A stretch of 64,000 bases of DNA from contig JAHDDW010000001.1 in assembly GCA_020629155.1 (NCBI GenBank), forward strand, positions 220,454 through 284,453. The letters run 5' to 3'. Under the pieces are notes generated by a model, which did no database searches, was not told where the DNA came from, and was given only the letters and a program-made list of their open reading frames with translations. Shown here one piece after another: positions 27,070 through 37,384 of the stretch. Numbering within the stretch: the first letter of the stretch is position 1; the number at the start of each line of letters is the position of its first letter. Made by a program: the position numbers and the translations under genes. This DNA comes from Acidimicrobiales bacterium (GTDB lineage Bacteria > Actinomycetota > Acidimicrobiia > Acidimicrobiales > SZUA-35).

Positions 27070-29346
27070 ATGCCTGTCCAATCTCAAACCCCTCTTGAAC
27101 TTATTCACGCTGTCTATGCAACGCTCGATACAAACATTGCAGCACTAAGAACGAAACTGGGACGACCGTTAACGCTAGCAGAAAAGATCCTCGGCAATCA
27201 CTTAGACAACACAGACACCGACCTTGTTCGTGGTGAGACCTATGTTGATTTTCGCCCCGATCGAGTGGCGATGCAAGACGCCACCGCACAAATGGCGTGG
27301 CTACAATTTCAAATAGCTGGCTTATCTGAAGTGGCAGTGCCGACCACAACACATTGCGACCACTTAATTCAAGCGAAAAAGGAAGGCAAACAAGACCTTC
27401 TCAAAGCGATCGACACAAACGAAGAAGTCTACGACTTCCTGGCCTCTGTCTCGGCGAAATACGGCGCTGGTTTTTGGATGCCAGGCAGCGGCATAATCCA
27501 TCAGGTTGTGTTAGAAAACTATGCGTTCCCTGGCGCCATGATAATCGGTACCGACAGCCATACTCCTAATGCTGGCGGCTTAGCTACCGTCGCTATTGGT
27601 GTTGGCGGCGCTGACGCTGTTGACGTGATGACAGGGTTTCCTTGGAACGTCAAATGGCCGAAGATGATCGGCGTTGAGCTAACAGGCGAGTTGAGCGGCT
27701 GGACATCAGCAAAAGATGTAATTCTAAAAGTGGCTGACATTCTCACCGTCAAAGGAGGCACGGGCGCTATTATCGAATATTTCGGCCCTGGAGCACAAAG
27801 CCTCAGCGCTACTGGCAAAGCAACCATTTGCAACATGGGTGCTGAAGTTGGTGCGACCACTTCGCTTTTTGGCTACGACGAAGCAATGGCACGCTATCTC
27901 ACATCCACTGGGCGAAGCGATGCAGCAGAAGCAGCCAACGCTGTGGCACAGCATTTATGCGCTGACGATGAAGCACATGCCAACCCTGAACAATTTTATG
28001 ATCGAGTTATTTCAATCGACCTTTCGACGCTAGAGCCACACATTAATGGCCCACACACCCCCGATTTGGCTCGCCCTGTTGCCGCTTTAGGTAAAGAAGC
28101 AGCCGTCGAGGGTTGGCCACAAGAAATTAGCGCTGCGCTTATCGGCAGCTGCACAAACTCATCGTATGAAGATATAACCCGTGCCGCTTCAATCGCACGC
28201 CAAGCAGCCGCCGCTGGTTTGAAAGCCAAAACGCAGCTACTTATCACCCCCGGGTCTGAACAGGTGCGCGCCACAATCGAACGCGACGGCTTGTTGGCAG
28301 ATTTCGAGCGCATCGGCGCAACCGTACTAGCAAATGCGTGCGGCCCGTGCATCGGCCAGTGGGATAGAAGCGACGAGCGTGACGCTGGCGAAACAAACAC
28401 CATTGTCACTTCGTATAACCGTAACTTTCCGAAACGCAACGACGGCGACGCAGCCACATTAGCTTTCGTTACCTCGCCCGAGACTGTGATTGCGTTAGCG
28501 CTTGCCGGCACCGTCGCGTTTGACCCAGCAACAGATCAGCTTGTTAACGATGACGGCGAAAAGGTCTCGCTAAACATTCCAGAAGGGATCGAACTGCCAA
28601 CGCAAGGGTTTGACCAGGGCGAGTCTGGCTTTGTCGCTCCCCCAGCTAACGGTTCGTCTATAGAAGTGAAAGTGTCCCCCACATCGCAGCGGTTGCAGCT
28701 TCTCACACCTTTCGAGCCGTGGGATGGCAACGATTTCGCTGACTTACCTGTAGTTGTGAAAGCACATGGCAAGTTCACAACCGATCATATTTCGATGGCC
28801 GGCCCGTGGCTTAAATATCGTGGCCATCTCGAAAACATTTCAGGCAACCTCTATATGGGTGCGGTTAATGCGTATCGTGACAATATTGTCGGCGAAGGAC
28901 TAAATCCGCTGACAGGTCAAGTCGAAGCCTATCCAGCAATCGCGAAACAGATGGGCGAAGCTGGCAAGCCGTGGGCCGTTATTGGCGACGAAAACATGGG
29001 CGAAGGTTCATCTCGCGAGCACGCTGCTATGGAGCCACGGTTTCGCAACTGCCGTTTGATTCTTGCACGCTCGTTTGCGCGTATCCACGAAACAAACTTG
29101 AAAAAGCAGGGCATCATTCCGCTCACTTTCGCAGACAAAGCCGACTATGACAAGATAGAGGAAACAGATCTACTCGGCACAAAAGGGCTAGCTTCACTGT
29201 CCCCTGGCCAACCTGTCACCGTAACAGTCACAAAATCTGACGGCACGTCTTGGGAATTTGCAGGCAACCACACCTTCAGCGAAAATCAAATCGAATGGTT
29301 CAAAGCAGGCTCAGCCTTAGCCGTGATCAGCAACAAACTCGGCTAG
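27070..29346 (+). CDS. acnA: Aconitate hydratase (~750-aa mitochondrial-type aconitase)
   Basis: RBS GAAGGAG. Motifs [43 protein letters not shown] and GSSREHAA. Confidence 0.95.
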   Translation: MPVQSQTPLELIHAVYATLDTNIAALRTKLGRPLTLAEKILGNHLDNTDTDLVRGETYVDFRPDRVAMQDATAQMAWLQFQIAGLSEVAVPTTTHCDHLIQAKKEGKQDLLKAIDTNEEVYDFLASVSAKYGAGFWMPGSGIIHQVVLENYAFPGAMIIGTDSHTPNAGGLATVAIGVGGADAVDVMTGFPWNVKWPKMIGVELTGELSGWTSAKDVILKVADILTVKGGTGAIIEYFGPGAQSLSATGKATICNMGAEVGATTSLFGYDEAMARYLTSTGRSDAAEAANAVAQHLCADDEAHANPEQFYDRVISIDLSTLEPHINGPHTPDLARPVAALGKEAAVEGWPQEISAALIGSCTNSSYEDITRAASIARQAAAAGLKAKTQLLITPGSEQVRATIERDGLLADFERIGATVLANACGPCIGQWDRSDERDAGETNTIVTSYNRNFPKRNDGDAATLAFVTSPETVIALALAGTVAFDPATDQLVNDDGEKVSLNIPEGIELPTQGFDQGESGFVAPPANGSSIEVKVSPTSQRLQLLTPFEPWDGNDFADLPVVVKAHGKFTTDHISMAGPWLKYRGHLENISGNLYMGAVNAYRDNIVGEGLNPLTGQVEAYPAIAKQMGEAGKPWAVIGDENMGEGSSREHAAMEPRFRNCRLILARSFARIHETNLKKQGIIPLTFADKADYDKIEETDLLGTKGLASLSPGQPVTVTVTKSDGTSWEFAGNHTFSENQIEWFKAGSALAVISNKLG

Positions 29347-29447
29347 GTCAAGAGCTATTTAGTTTCTTCGACCTGCTACCTATTTGTTGATACAATAACC
29401 ATAGAAGCCCTAGACATTGAGGTGAAAAGCATGGCAGAACCACATCT

Positions 29448-30017
29448 ATGAACTCCCGCGTTTCTTACCACGAATATCAAAGGTTTGACGCTGACGTTCG
29501 CTACGAAGTCATCGATGGGGTTCCATTTGCTATGGCAGCGCCAAGCAGGTCTCACCAACAAATGTCTGGGCAACTGCTTTCTCAGCTTGTTCAACAGCTG
29601 AACGGCCAGCCTTGTGAAGCATATGCCGCTCCGTTTGATGTCCTAATTGATAGCGACTCTACTCAACCAGACACGATTGAGAATTCAGAGAATATCGTAC
29701 AACCTGACCTATTTGTTCTCTGCGATGAAACTAAATCTTTCGAAAAATACTGTGTAGGCGCTCCTGATTTCATTATCGAAATACTTTCACCTTCAACCTC
29801 GCTCAGAGATATGAACACAAAACGCAAACTCTATGAAACCTACGGAGTTAAAGAATACTGGATAGTTCACCCCGTTGACCATTGGGTTATGATTAACATT
29901 TTGGATGGAAGCGGCACGTTCGAACAGCACGAAGTTCAAGGCCTCACAGGGTCAACGACAATAGCAGCGATCAAAGATCTAACCATTTCCTGGGATTTCT
30001 TACCAAACTTTGTTTGA
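29448..30017 (+). CDS. Uma2-family (DUF820) PD-(D/E)xK endonuclease-like protein
   Basis: YEVIDGV...MAAPS..H, QPDLFVLCD, APDFIIEILSPST and GVKEYWIVHP motifs. Confidence 0.8.
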   Translation: MNSRVSYHEYQRFDADVRYEVIDGVPFAMAAPSRSHQQMSGQLLSQLVQQLNGQPCEAYAAPFDVLIDSDSTQPDTIENSENIVQPDLFVLCDETKSFEKYCVGAPDFIIEILSPSTSLRDMNTKRKLYETYGVKEYWIVHPVDHWVMINILDGSGTFEQHEVQGLTGSTTIAAIKDLTISWDFLPNFV

Positions 30018-30193
30018 CATAAGGGCAAATGTTTAAACTGGGCAACACCAGCAGAATACGTCATACTAACTACAAGGCAGCAACAGCTATATTCAAATCA
30101 CCAGCGATTTCTTGAGGAAGTCTTGACTTGAGGTTTTCACCTCCCGCGACGATCTTGTGTATACAGGAACAAATATCATCGCAGGAGATCGCC

Positions 30194-31804
30194 ATGAAAA
30201 CCACACGTAAGCTTAAAACCGCAGCAGTTGCAGCCGCATTAGCCGCTTCAACGTTCGCTTTTTCTTCGACACAAGCAACCGCCAACGGCAGCACCTTTAC
30301 GTGTGACCCTGGCTTCTATCAGGTGATTTCAGGCCAGCTCGCCGAACTTGACCCTGCAAGCAACGCCTATAAGACAATCGGCCCAGACCATGGGAACTAT
30401 AACGCCATGGCCTATCGCATCAGCGATGACTACCTCTATGGCATCAGCGGCAAGACGCTCTATCGCATCGACGCTACAGGAGCGCTCACGAACTTGGCGA
30501 CCCTCAACGTTGTGTCTGGGTCTTACACAGGCGATTTCGACGACGAAGGCTACCTTAACGTTTCACGAGGCGGACGTGACTGGCACAAAATCAACGTCGA
30601 CACGTTTGAAGAAATAGCAGTTCCAGAATTCAACAATTACACCGCAGTGGCTGACATCACAAACGTTCACGGCGTGTTCTATGGTGTTAGCAGCGACGGA
30701 GCGCTCTATTCATATGACCAAACCTCGCTAGAAACCAAAGAAGTTGGCATGGTTGAAGGGCTGCCTGAAACACTCAAGTCATATGGTGCAGCGTGGGCAA
30801 CTGCTGGCGGAAACCTTTATGTTGGTCGCAATTCTGGTGAAATCTATCAGATCACGGGCTATACCACAAGCCAGCCTAAAGCCACACAGGTTGGTAGCGC
30901 TCCTGCAACCAGTTCAAACGACGGCGCTTCTTGCTCACTTGCTGCGCCTCAAGCTGGGCTAGACGATGTTGACGGGCCAGAACCAGAAAGCGAGCCACGC
31001 ACGCAAGAGTCAAAAGACGCATCACAGAACTATAGCGACAACTATGACGAGATTTCACAAACGTTCACGCCTGCTGAAACACAGCCGCAAGAAGAACCAC
31101 CGTCACAGCCACCTGCTGACGACGGCGAAACCTATGCATTTGACGATGCTGGGTTAGGCACAGGGCCAAGTTGTGGGCCAGCTGAAGATGTCGATCGACC
31201 GTTGCGCGATGCGAATAAAGCAACGGTTGAAGTAGCAGAACCGACAACGATTTTCTCTGCTGGATTCACTGGCAACTCACTCGACATGTTTAAAATCGTC
31301 GACGGCAGCTGGGAAGCGAAAGACGGCGAGCTCAACCAGATCGACGACTGCGGCTTTGACTATGCTGTCTTGTTAAAAGGCTACGATGTTTCTGACTATC
31401 GTTGGGAAGCGACCTTTAAAAGCACCGCGCTACACAATCAAGGTGGCCTTTTAATTCACCAAGCTTCAACGAAGACACGAAGCGGCGCGATGCTTGTAGA
31501 CCTTGCCGATGAAGGCAAAACACTACGCTGGGGAGAATACGACGAAAAAGGGTACTACCAATTTATAGGCTCGGTCGACATTGACGCACCAGCGACAGGC
31601 CAAGCGGTAAAACTTGGAGTTGAAGTGCACGGCCAAAGCGTGACGATCATGTTTAACGGCGAAAAAGTCGGTGAAGCAACAGCGACACACACAAGTGGCA
31701 TGGTTGGATTGTCAACAAGCAACGCAGTTATTTCATTCACTGACGCAGAACTCACCGCACTGCCTGCTAATGCGCCTGCTAATGCACCAGCGCAGAAATC
31801 ATAA
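30194..31804 (+). CDS. Secreted protein with N-terminal repeat/propeller-like region, acidic Pro-rich linker and C-terminal LamG/DUF1080-like lectin fold
   Basis: Start ATG 30194 after AGGAG gives signal peptide MKTTRKLKTAAVAAALAASTFAFSSTQATA. Domain calls are tentative and made by eye. Confidence 0.65.
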   Translation: MKTTRKLKTAAVAAALAASTFAFSSTQATANGSTFTCDPGFYQVISGQLAELDPASNAYKTIGPDHGNYNAMAYRISDDYLYGISGKTLYRIDATGALTNLATLNVVSGSYTGDFDDEGYLNVSRGGRDWHKINVDTFEEIAVPEFNNYTAVADITNVHGVFYGVSSDGALYSYDQTSLETKEVGMVEGLPETLKSYGAAWATAGGNLYVGRNSGEIYQITGYTTSQPKATQVGSAPATSSNDGASCSLAAPQAGLDDVDGPEPESEPRTQESKDASQNYSDNYDEISQTFTPAETQPQEEPPSQPPADDGETYAFDDAGLGTGPSCGPAEDVDRPLRDANKATVEVAEPTTIFSAGFTGNSLDMFKIVDGSWEAKDGELNQIDDCGFDYAVLLKGYDVSDYRWEATFKSTALHNQGGLLIHQASTKTRSGAMLVDLADEGKTLRWGEYDEKGYYQFIGSVDIDAPATGQAVKLGVEVHGQSVTIMFNGEKVGEATATHTSGMVGLSTSNAVISFTDAELTALPANAPANAPAQKS

Positions 31805-31811
31805 AGAGAGT

Positions 31812-32408
31812 ATGACGATGAACACCTCTACACGAACCCTCATTTTACTCACTGCACTAGCACTTGGACTTAGCAGCTGCGCAACGCTCCGAGGAGAAAC
31901 AGCCGACGCAGCAGATGAAACCCAGCGTGCTCAACAGCTTGCTATGCGAGATGGCGAAGCGAAAACAATCGCAGCTAACGACACTGCACAAGCAGCCGAA
32001 GCGTTTAACTTTGCTGGCAAAGAATTATTCTCAGGAGCAACAATTTCAGGGGCCGACCTGCAAGCAAGCGGCCCTGTTATCATGACATTCGTTTCGCCAG
32101 ATTGTGACATCTCTGTTGAGGAAGGTGCAGAACTAGCAGCGGCTGCTGAGCTTGAAGAAGATATCACCTATGTGTTTGTTCACGGTGAAGGCACAACCGA
32201 AACCTATGAAGCATTTGTTGACAAGACAGACTTATTTCAGCAAAACGTCATCCACATCGACGACAGCAATCTAGCGTTAGCAAATCGCTTCAGCATCGAT
32301 GTGCGCCCAACAATGGTGCTCGGACATGACAACGGAACCGTTTCGGTTTCAACAGGTGGACTGAGCCATAAAGGCATCACCGAAGCTGGTCTTCTCGTGC
32401 GAGGGTAG
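31812..32408 (+). CDS. Lipoprotein, thioredoxin/TlpA-like fold with CxxS instead of CxxC (tentative)
   Basis: MTMNTSTRTLILLTALALGLSSC lipobox. VIMTFVSPDCDIS sits at the position of the WCxxC motif. The ORF-track upstream extension overlaps the previous gene and is rejected. Confidence 0.6.
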   Translation: MTMNTSTRTLILLTALALGLSSCATLRGETADAADETQRAQQLAMRDGEAKTIAANDTAQAAEAFNFAGKELFSGATISGADLQASGPVIMTFVSPDCDISVEEGAELAAAAELEEDITYVFVHGEGTTETYEAFVDKTDLFQQNVIHIDDSNLALANRFSIDVRPTMVLGHDNGTVSVSTGGLSHKGITEAGLLVRG

Positions 32409-32468
32409 CGCTGGATTAAGACCCATAGCCATCTGAGATGATTGCAAGTAACGAGTATTCAATTCCAG

Positions 32469-32497
32469 ATTCTTAAAGAAAAAATTTCTTTAAGAAT
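32469..32497. terminator. 13-bp perfect palindrome (possible bidirectional terminator)
   Basis: ATTCTTAAAGAAA-AAA-TTTCTTTAAGAAT between convergent genes. It overlaps the stop region of the gene at 32473-32823. Confidence 0.4.
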
Positions 32498-32823
32498 CGT
32501 GTCGATACATACATTGAAACGGCAGCAGTTGTTGGAGGAACTACACGAACAACTAAAGTTCTGAAGTATGCAAGAAACTGATGAGATACTACCTCATCGT
32601 CAACGCCAGAATCTTTACTAGCTCTCATTATACAATCAATTCGAGGGGGCCAGTACGAGCCAGAACTTGAACTACCACCTCTAACATCGGTCATGTATTG
32701 AAAGCATATGTCTTCTAGATATCGACCGAACATAAATATCGCTACCAGGTAACAAAACAGACCAACAAAAACACCAATCAGGATAGATATACTTGTTAAA
32801 GCTAACTTACGATACAACATCAC
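32473..32823 (-). CDS. Small membrane protein, unknown function
   Basis: 116 aa with one strong N-terminal TM (LALTSISILIGVFVGLFCYLVAIFMF) and low GC. No family recognised. Confidence 0.5.
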   Translation of the reverse strand: MMLYRKLALTSISILIGVFVGLFCYLVAIFMFGRYLEDICFQYMTDVRGGSSSSGSYWPPRIDCIMRASKDSGVDDEVVSHQFLAYFRTLVVRVVPPTTAAVSMYVSTRFLKKFFL

Positions 32824-32891
32824 TAACCTCTCTTTCCAAGAACAAAAGCATCACAGGTCCTCTTGACTTAGAAAAACAAACCTTACGAAAT

Positions 32892-33623
32892 CTACTTAAC
32901 TGGCTGAGAAAAATTCGAAACAGAAGCCAGCTGATACCCAACGCCACGAACTGTGGCTAAACAATCACGAACTTGCGGAGGAAACTTCTTCCGCAAGTTT
33001 GCTATATGCACACTAATTACATGATCGTCGCCGCTCCAATGTTCACCCCAGATGGCTTCCATCAGCTGTGCACGGGTAACAACCTGATCAGCATTTTCGA
33101 TAAGACAGGCAAGCAGCGTTGTTTCAATTTTTGTAAGTTGAACGTCGGCGCCATCGCTCACCATACGTCTTGTACTCACGTCAACTTGCAACCAGCCTAG
33201 ATCTATCGCTCCAGCAGCTTTGGGTTTCACACGACGAAGAAGAACCTCAACAGGCACAAGCAGTTCACGACTTTCAAAAGGTTTTGTGACATATGCATCA
33301 GCGCCAATACGCAATCCCGCAAATTTACTTTCGTCGTCTTTGCGACCCGTCAACATGAGAACATAAGCATCACTTGCTGACCTTATCTGCCGGCAAATAT
33401 CCATTCCATCGCTATCAGGCAACCCTAAATCTAGAATCACCAGCTCAGGGTCGTGACGCTTGACAAGTGCAAGGCCTTCGTGACCAGTGGAAGCGAGAGA
33501 CACCATATATCCATCCGATTCAAGGACTGTACGTATCATCGTTTGATACACCAGAGCATCTTCAACGACAACAATGCGATATTGACCTTTATCACCTCTG
33601 TCACCGTTCGCCGCTAACACCAT
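32892..33623 (-). CDS. OmpR/PhoB-family response regulator (orphan)
   Basis: Receiver domain (RIVVVEDA, LVILDLGLPD, K in TKPF) plus a winged-helix C-terminus (LRKK...VRGVGY). No histidine kinase is adjacent. Confidence 0.88.
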   Translation of the reverse strand: MVLAANGDRGDKGQYRIVVVEDALVYQTMIRTVLESDGYMVSLASTGHEGLALVKRHDPELVILDLGLPDSDGMDICRQIRSASDAYVLMLTGRKDDESKFAGLRIGADAYVTKPFESRELLVPVEVLLRRVKPKAAGAIDLGWLQVDVSTRRMVSDGADVQLTKIETTLLACLIENADQVVTRAQLMEAIWGEHWSGDDHVISVHIANLRKKFPPQVRDCLATVRGVGYQLASVSNFSQPVK

Positions 33624-33782
33624 ACGTTTTTGATCGGCTCAACGCAAAACAACTTGATAGCCATCTACTTTCGACTGGATACTGACATGAACTGTCACGA
33701 CGTAGAATGAGCTAGATCTCTTTCATCGACTCGCCCAGTATTGCCACAACACTTTATCCGTTAACACACAGTTCAAAATCGG

Positions 33783-34427
33783 CTACAGTTCACTAGCAAC
33801 CTTTGCGAACCATTGCTGATAGAGAGCGTCTTCAAGCTGTTCTATTTCGTCTGCCCAAGTCCGCCAGTCGTCAGACCAGGCAGCTAGGTCAGCTTTCATT
33901 TGTGCTAGGTGGTTTTCTTCTTCGGCAATAATACTGCGCACGCTAATAGGGCTATGCATCAGCTCTAGACACGACTGATAGGTGTCATACAACGACGATG
34001 CACGCACCTCTATTGCGTAGGTGACCCATAGATAGCTCGCCTCGACAAGGGCTTTACGGTCGGGTTGTGTTCTTTGTTTTATTATACGAGAAATGGCGAC
34101 GTCGAGTCTATGGAGATAGTGTTTGCTAGCGACTGGCGCCAGAAGATACTGCGGTTCATACGTCGGACAGGCTGCGACATCCAGCTTTTTTATTTGCTTC
34201 TTTAGATACCAGGCGTGACGGTGTTCTTCGAAGCAGTGCTGCAAAATCTTTTCATTTGCGTCTAGGAAACGTTGACTTGACGAAATTTTTCTTGCACCAG
34301 TGTTTTCAAGCAATGATAATGTGTTGAGCCACCGACAGTGCGACCAATTATCGCCGATCAGATCCAACAGTGCTTGTTTCTCGTCGTTTTGCAACTTGCT
34401 CTGTGTTTTTTCCAATATAGCGCTCAC
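33783..34427 (-). CDS. Ferritin-like di-iron carboxylate protein (subfamily unknown, possibly MiaE-like)
   Basis: Two E...ExxH halves: LLENTG...FEEHRHAW and AIEVRA...AEEENHLA. 214 aa. Confidence 0.55.
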   Translation of the reverse strand: MSAILEKTQSKLQNDEKQALLDLIGDNWSHCRWLNTLSLLENTGARKISSSQRFLDANEKILQHCFEEHRHAWYLKKQIKKLDVAACPTYEPQYLLAPVASKHYLHRLDVAISRIIKQRTQPDRKALVEASYLWVTYAIEVRASSLYDTYQSCLELMHSPISVRSIIAEEENHLAQMKADLAAWSDDWRTWADEIEQLEDALYQQWFAKVASEL

Positions 34428-34730
34428 GTTGACCCAGTCTAACTTCGCCTAGAACACAGCGGTTTTATTTTCTGACTCTCCCCAACTCAATTAATGAGAG
34501 TTATTTGACAGCCCCGGAAACTAAAGAGTCATCGACCTAGGACATTGATCCTAACAACACTAAATCTACAGAATCTCGCCAAATATCTTCAACAATTTTT
34601 TCGCTTGGCCGTGAGTCTACGCCAGTTTGTATAGCGTCATCGAATACTTTTTGTTTCTGTTCAGAACCTTCGAGAAACTTCCTTTTCTCCGACGGCTGGG
34701 TGTCGACCACTCATTCACTATGCTGGACTA

Positions 34731-36029
34731 GTGGTTCTTTTTAACTCGCCTGAGCAGTGGCAAGCTTTCGACAAAACCCATATTTGGCATCCTTACACGT
34801 CGCTGCGTGACCCACTGCCAACGTATCCTATTGTTCGCACCGAAGGTGTCTATTTAGAGTTAGCGAACGGCAATCGTCTCGTCGACGCGATGAGCTCATG
34901 GTGGTCTGCTATCCACGGCTACAACCACCCAGCGCTCGTCGACGCTGCGGCCAAACAACTCAACACAATGCCACATGTTATGTTTGGCGGAATCGCCCAT
35001 GAACCAGCCGCAGAGCTTTGCGCAAGGCTCATCGATATCACTCCAGCGTCGCTGGACTATGTTTTTCTGGCCGATTCTGGCTCTATCGCTGTTGAAGTTG
35101 CCATGAAAATGGCCCTCCAATACTGGTTCTCGCAAGGCGAAACCCAGCGGCGTTTCTTTCTTTCACCACGCGGCGGCTACCACGGCGACACGCTAGATGC
35201 AATGTCTGTGAGCGACCCCGAAAACGGTTTACACCACATGTTTGCCTCCGTGCTCCCGAAACAACTTTTTGCCGACAAACCATCAATCGCATTTGACGAA
35301 CCTTGGCAAGATGAAGCGCTCAACAGTATAAAACAGCAACTAGCCACGCATAGCGATCAGATTGCGGCGGTTATTTTGGAGCCGATCGTACAAGGTGTCG
35401 GCGCTATGAACTTTTATCACCCAACCTATTTACAGAAGCTGCGACACCTGTGTGATGAGAATAGCGTGCTGCTCATCTTCGACGAGATAGCGACAGGTTT
35501 TGGCCGCACAGGAAAGCTTTTCGCAGCCGAACACAGCAACGTTGAACCCGATATTATGTGCGTCGGCAAGGCGTTAACTGGCGGCATGATGACCCTTGCT
35601 GCCACCCTTACAAACCATCAGGTGGCAGACACAATATCTAACGGCCCTATCCCAAACTTTATGCATGGCCCAACCTTTATGGGCAACCCACTAGCGTGTG
35701 CATGCGCTAACGCAAGCATCGAACTGCTGATAAATCAAGACTGGCAGAGTGAAGCGAACCGTATCGAAAACAAGCTTCGCCTCGGATTATCACCCCTCTC
35801 AGATCATGACGCTGTGAAAGCAGTTCGCACACTAGGCGCTATCGGCGTGGTCGAAATGCGCCATAGTGTTGATGTTGCCAAGGCACAAGCCTTTTTTGTT
35901 GACAAAGGCGTCTGGATCCGCCCGTTTGGCACGCTGATCTATGTGATGCCGCCATATATCATCTCAGACGACCAGCTCAACCAGATAAGCGACGCGATCA
36001 GCAGGTATGTGCTTCAAACAACCTGCTAG
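34731..36029 (+). CDS. bioA: Adenosylmethionine-8-amino-7-oxononanoate aminotransferase
   Basis: HIWHPYTS, DSGSIAVE, FDEIATGFGRTG and the PLP lysine in CVGKALTGG. GTG start. Confidence 0.93.
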   Translation: MVLFNSPEQWQAFDKTHIWHPYTSLRDPLPTYPIVRTEGVYLELANGNRLVDAMSSWWSAIHGYNHPALVDAAAKQLNTMPHVMFGGIAHEPAAELCARLIDITPASLDYVFLADSGSIAVEVAMKMALQYWFSQGETQRRFFLSPRGGYHGDTLDAMSVSDPENGLHHMFASVLPKQLFADKPSIAFDEPWQDEALNSIKQQLATHSDQIAAVILEPIVQGVGAMNFYHPTYLQKLRHLCDENSVLLIFDEIATGFGRTGKLFAAEHSNVEPDIMCVGKALTGGMMTLAATLTNHQVADTISNGPIPNFMHGPTFMGNPLACACANASIELLINQDWQSEANRIENKLRLGLSPLSDHDAVKAVRTLGAIGVVEMRHSVDVAKAQAFFVDKGVWIRPFGTLIYVMPPYIISDDQLNQISDAISRYVLQTTC

Positions 36030-36053
36030 TGGTGTCGTCACTACGTAGCTGAC

Positions 36054-37349
36054 TTAGCTTAACATGCCAGCGTCAGCACGAATAAGCTCTATCCAGGTTC
36101 GACCAGGAGTCACTTTAATTGGCTTTGCGTCTGCTGTCGTGATCGTTGCGACATGGGCAAGCGTCGGCCTGGTCCAAATCCCTTCAACCCGTTTTCCGTC
36201 GCTAAACACCGTCGCTTTACCTGAGCCTACAAAGATAAACTCTGGCACCGTAGCACCTGACGAATCGACCATACCTGTCGCCATTTCTCTCGCCTCTATC
36301 ACAACCACATTTGCAGCTGCTACTTGTTCACCTGCTGTCATGTGGCTTGATCCGCCTTGCGTGCGCTTATAGGCACTGCCGTCCCATTGCCAGCCAACAC
36401 GGTTTGCTCGATAGCTCACCGTCAAAGAATCATCAGCGACACCTTGCGAAGCTTCCCCTGCGCCACGGTAATAGAATTGCGGCGGTGGTGGCCCGCCAGA
36501 GGCAGAAGCCCAATGCGGTGCTGTGTCAGTGAAAAGATTAGACGGCGCGCGACGTGAACGGTCACGCCAATACCCAGACGAGGTGCCAGCGTTACGATTT
36601 TGCACCGTCGGCTGTTGACGAAGCAGCGTATCAGTTACTGCGTTAGCACCTGAATACATAAGCAGCGGAGAACCGAACCCGTTGATGATGCCGATATCAG
36701 TCGTGCGCCCCGAACGGACAGGCCCAACGATCGACGAGGTGCTGTGATACACCGCAGCGAGACGAGTAACACCCCCTTCGACTTCTTCTTCAACAACAAT
36801 ATCAGCTGCGTTTAAACCTGTTTGTGGACGAGCTGGGCGGCTGTTATCTATTTTGACAATAGCTGCTGGACGGTTCGGCACCTGACCAGCAAGACCAGTA
36901 AGCGGCAAAATGTTGCTACCCACGCTAGGTGGTGTTGCGATAGCACCAGCTATCACTTCATTACGCCCGATAATACCGAGAAAACCTTTATAGATCGACG
37001 TGTCGGCTCCCCCACCGCCACTGCGGGTGACAACAGGTGCCCCGCCGCTACCTGATGTAGTTTTTGATCCTTGTTGCTGTCCTGCTGTTGCGGTTGTTTT
37101 CGCGCTTGCTGTGCCCCCAACAGTGCTTCCGACCACCGAGGTTGCCACCTTTTTCTTCGATGTTGTCGATTCTTTCTCGGCGAACGCTAGCTCTTCGGGC
37201 TCAGCTGACGTGCTGCTTTGCGCTGTTATAGCTGCGTCTTGTGTTGTGGTGGCGTCTTTATCGCCGCTACCGATGACCGCTACTACGCCGATTGCGAGCA
37301 GAAGCACGCCTGGAAGCAGCAACCATTTCTGATCTTTTTTTGCTAACAT
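36054..37349 (-). CDS. DUF3048 domain-containing secreted protein (paralogue 1)
   Basis: N-terminal TM/signal, Ser/Thr/Gly-rich linker, then LTGL...RPAAIVKIDNS.PARPQTGLNAADIVVEEEVEGGVTRLAAV...GPVRSGRTTD. Confidence 0.75.
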   Translation of the reverse strand: MLAKKDQKWLLLPGVLLLAIGVVAVIGSGDKDATTTQDAAITAQSSTSAEPEELAFAEKESTTSKKKVATSVVGSTVGGTASAKTTATAGQQQGSKTTSGSGGAPVVTRSGGGGADTSIYKGFLGIIGRNEVIAGAIATPPSVGSNILPLTGLAGQVPNRPAAIVKIDNSRPARPQTGLNAADIVVEEEVEGGVTRLAAVYHSTSSIVGPVRSGRTTDIGIINGFGSPLLMYSGANAVTDTLLRQQPTVQNRNAGTSSGYWRDRSRRAPSNLFTDTAPHWASASGGPPPPQFYYRGAGEASQGVADDSLTVSYRANRVGWQWDGSAYKRTQGGSSHMTAGEQVAAANVVVIEAREMATGMVDSSGATVPEFIFVGSGKATVFSDGKRVEGIWTRPTLAHVATITTADAKPIKVTPGRTWIELIRADAGMLS

Positions 37350-37384
37350 TTCGATTTTCTTTTCTGTTCAGGGGGCGGTGATTC

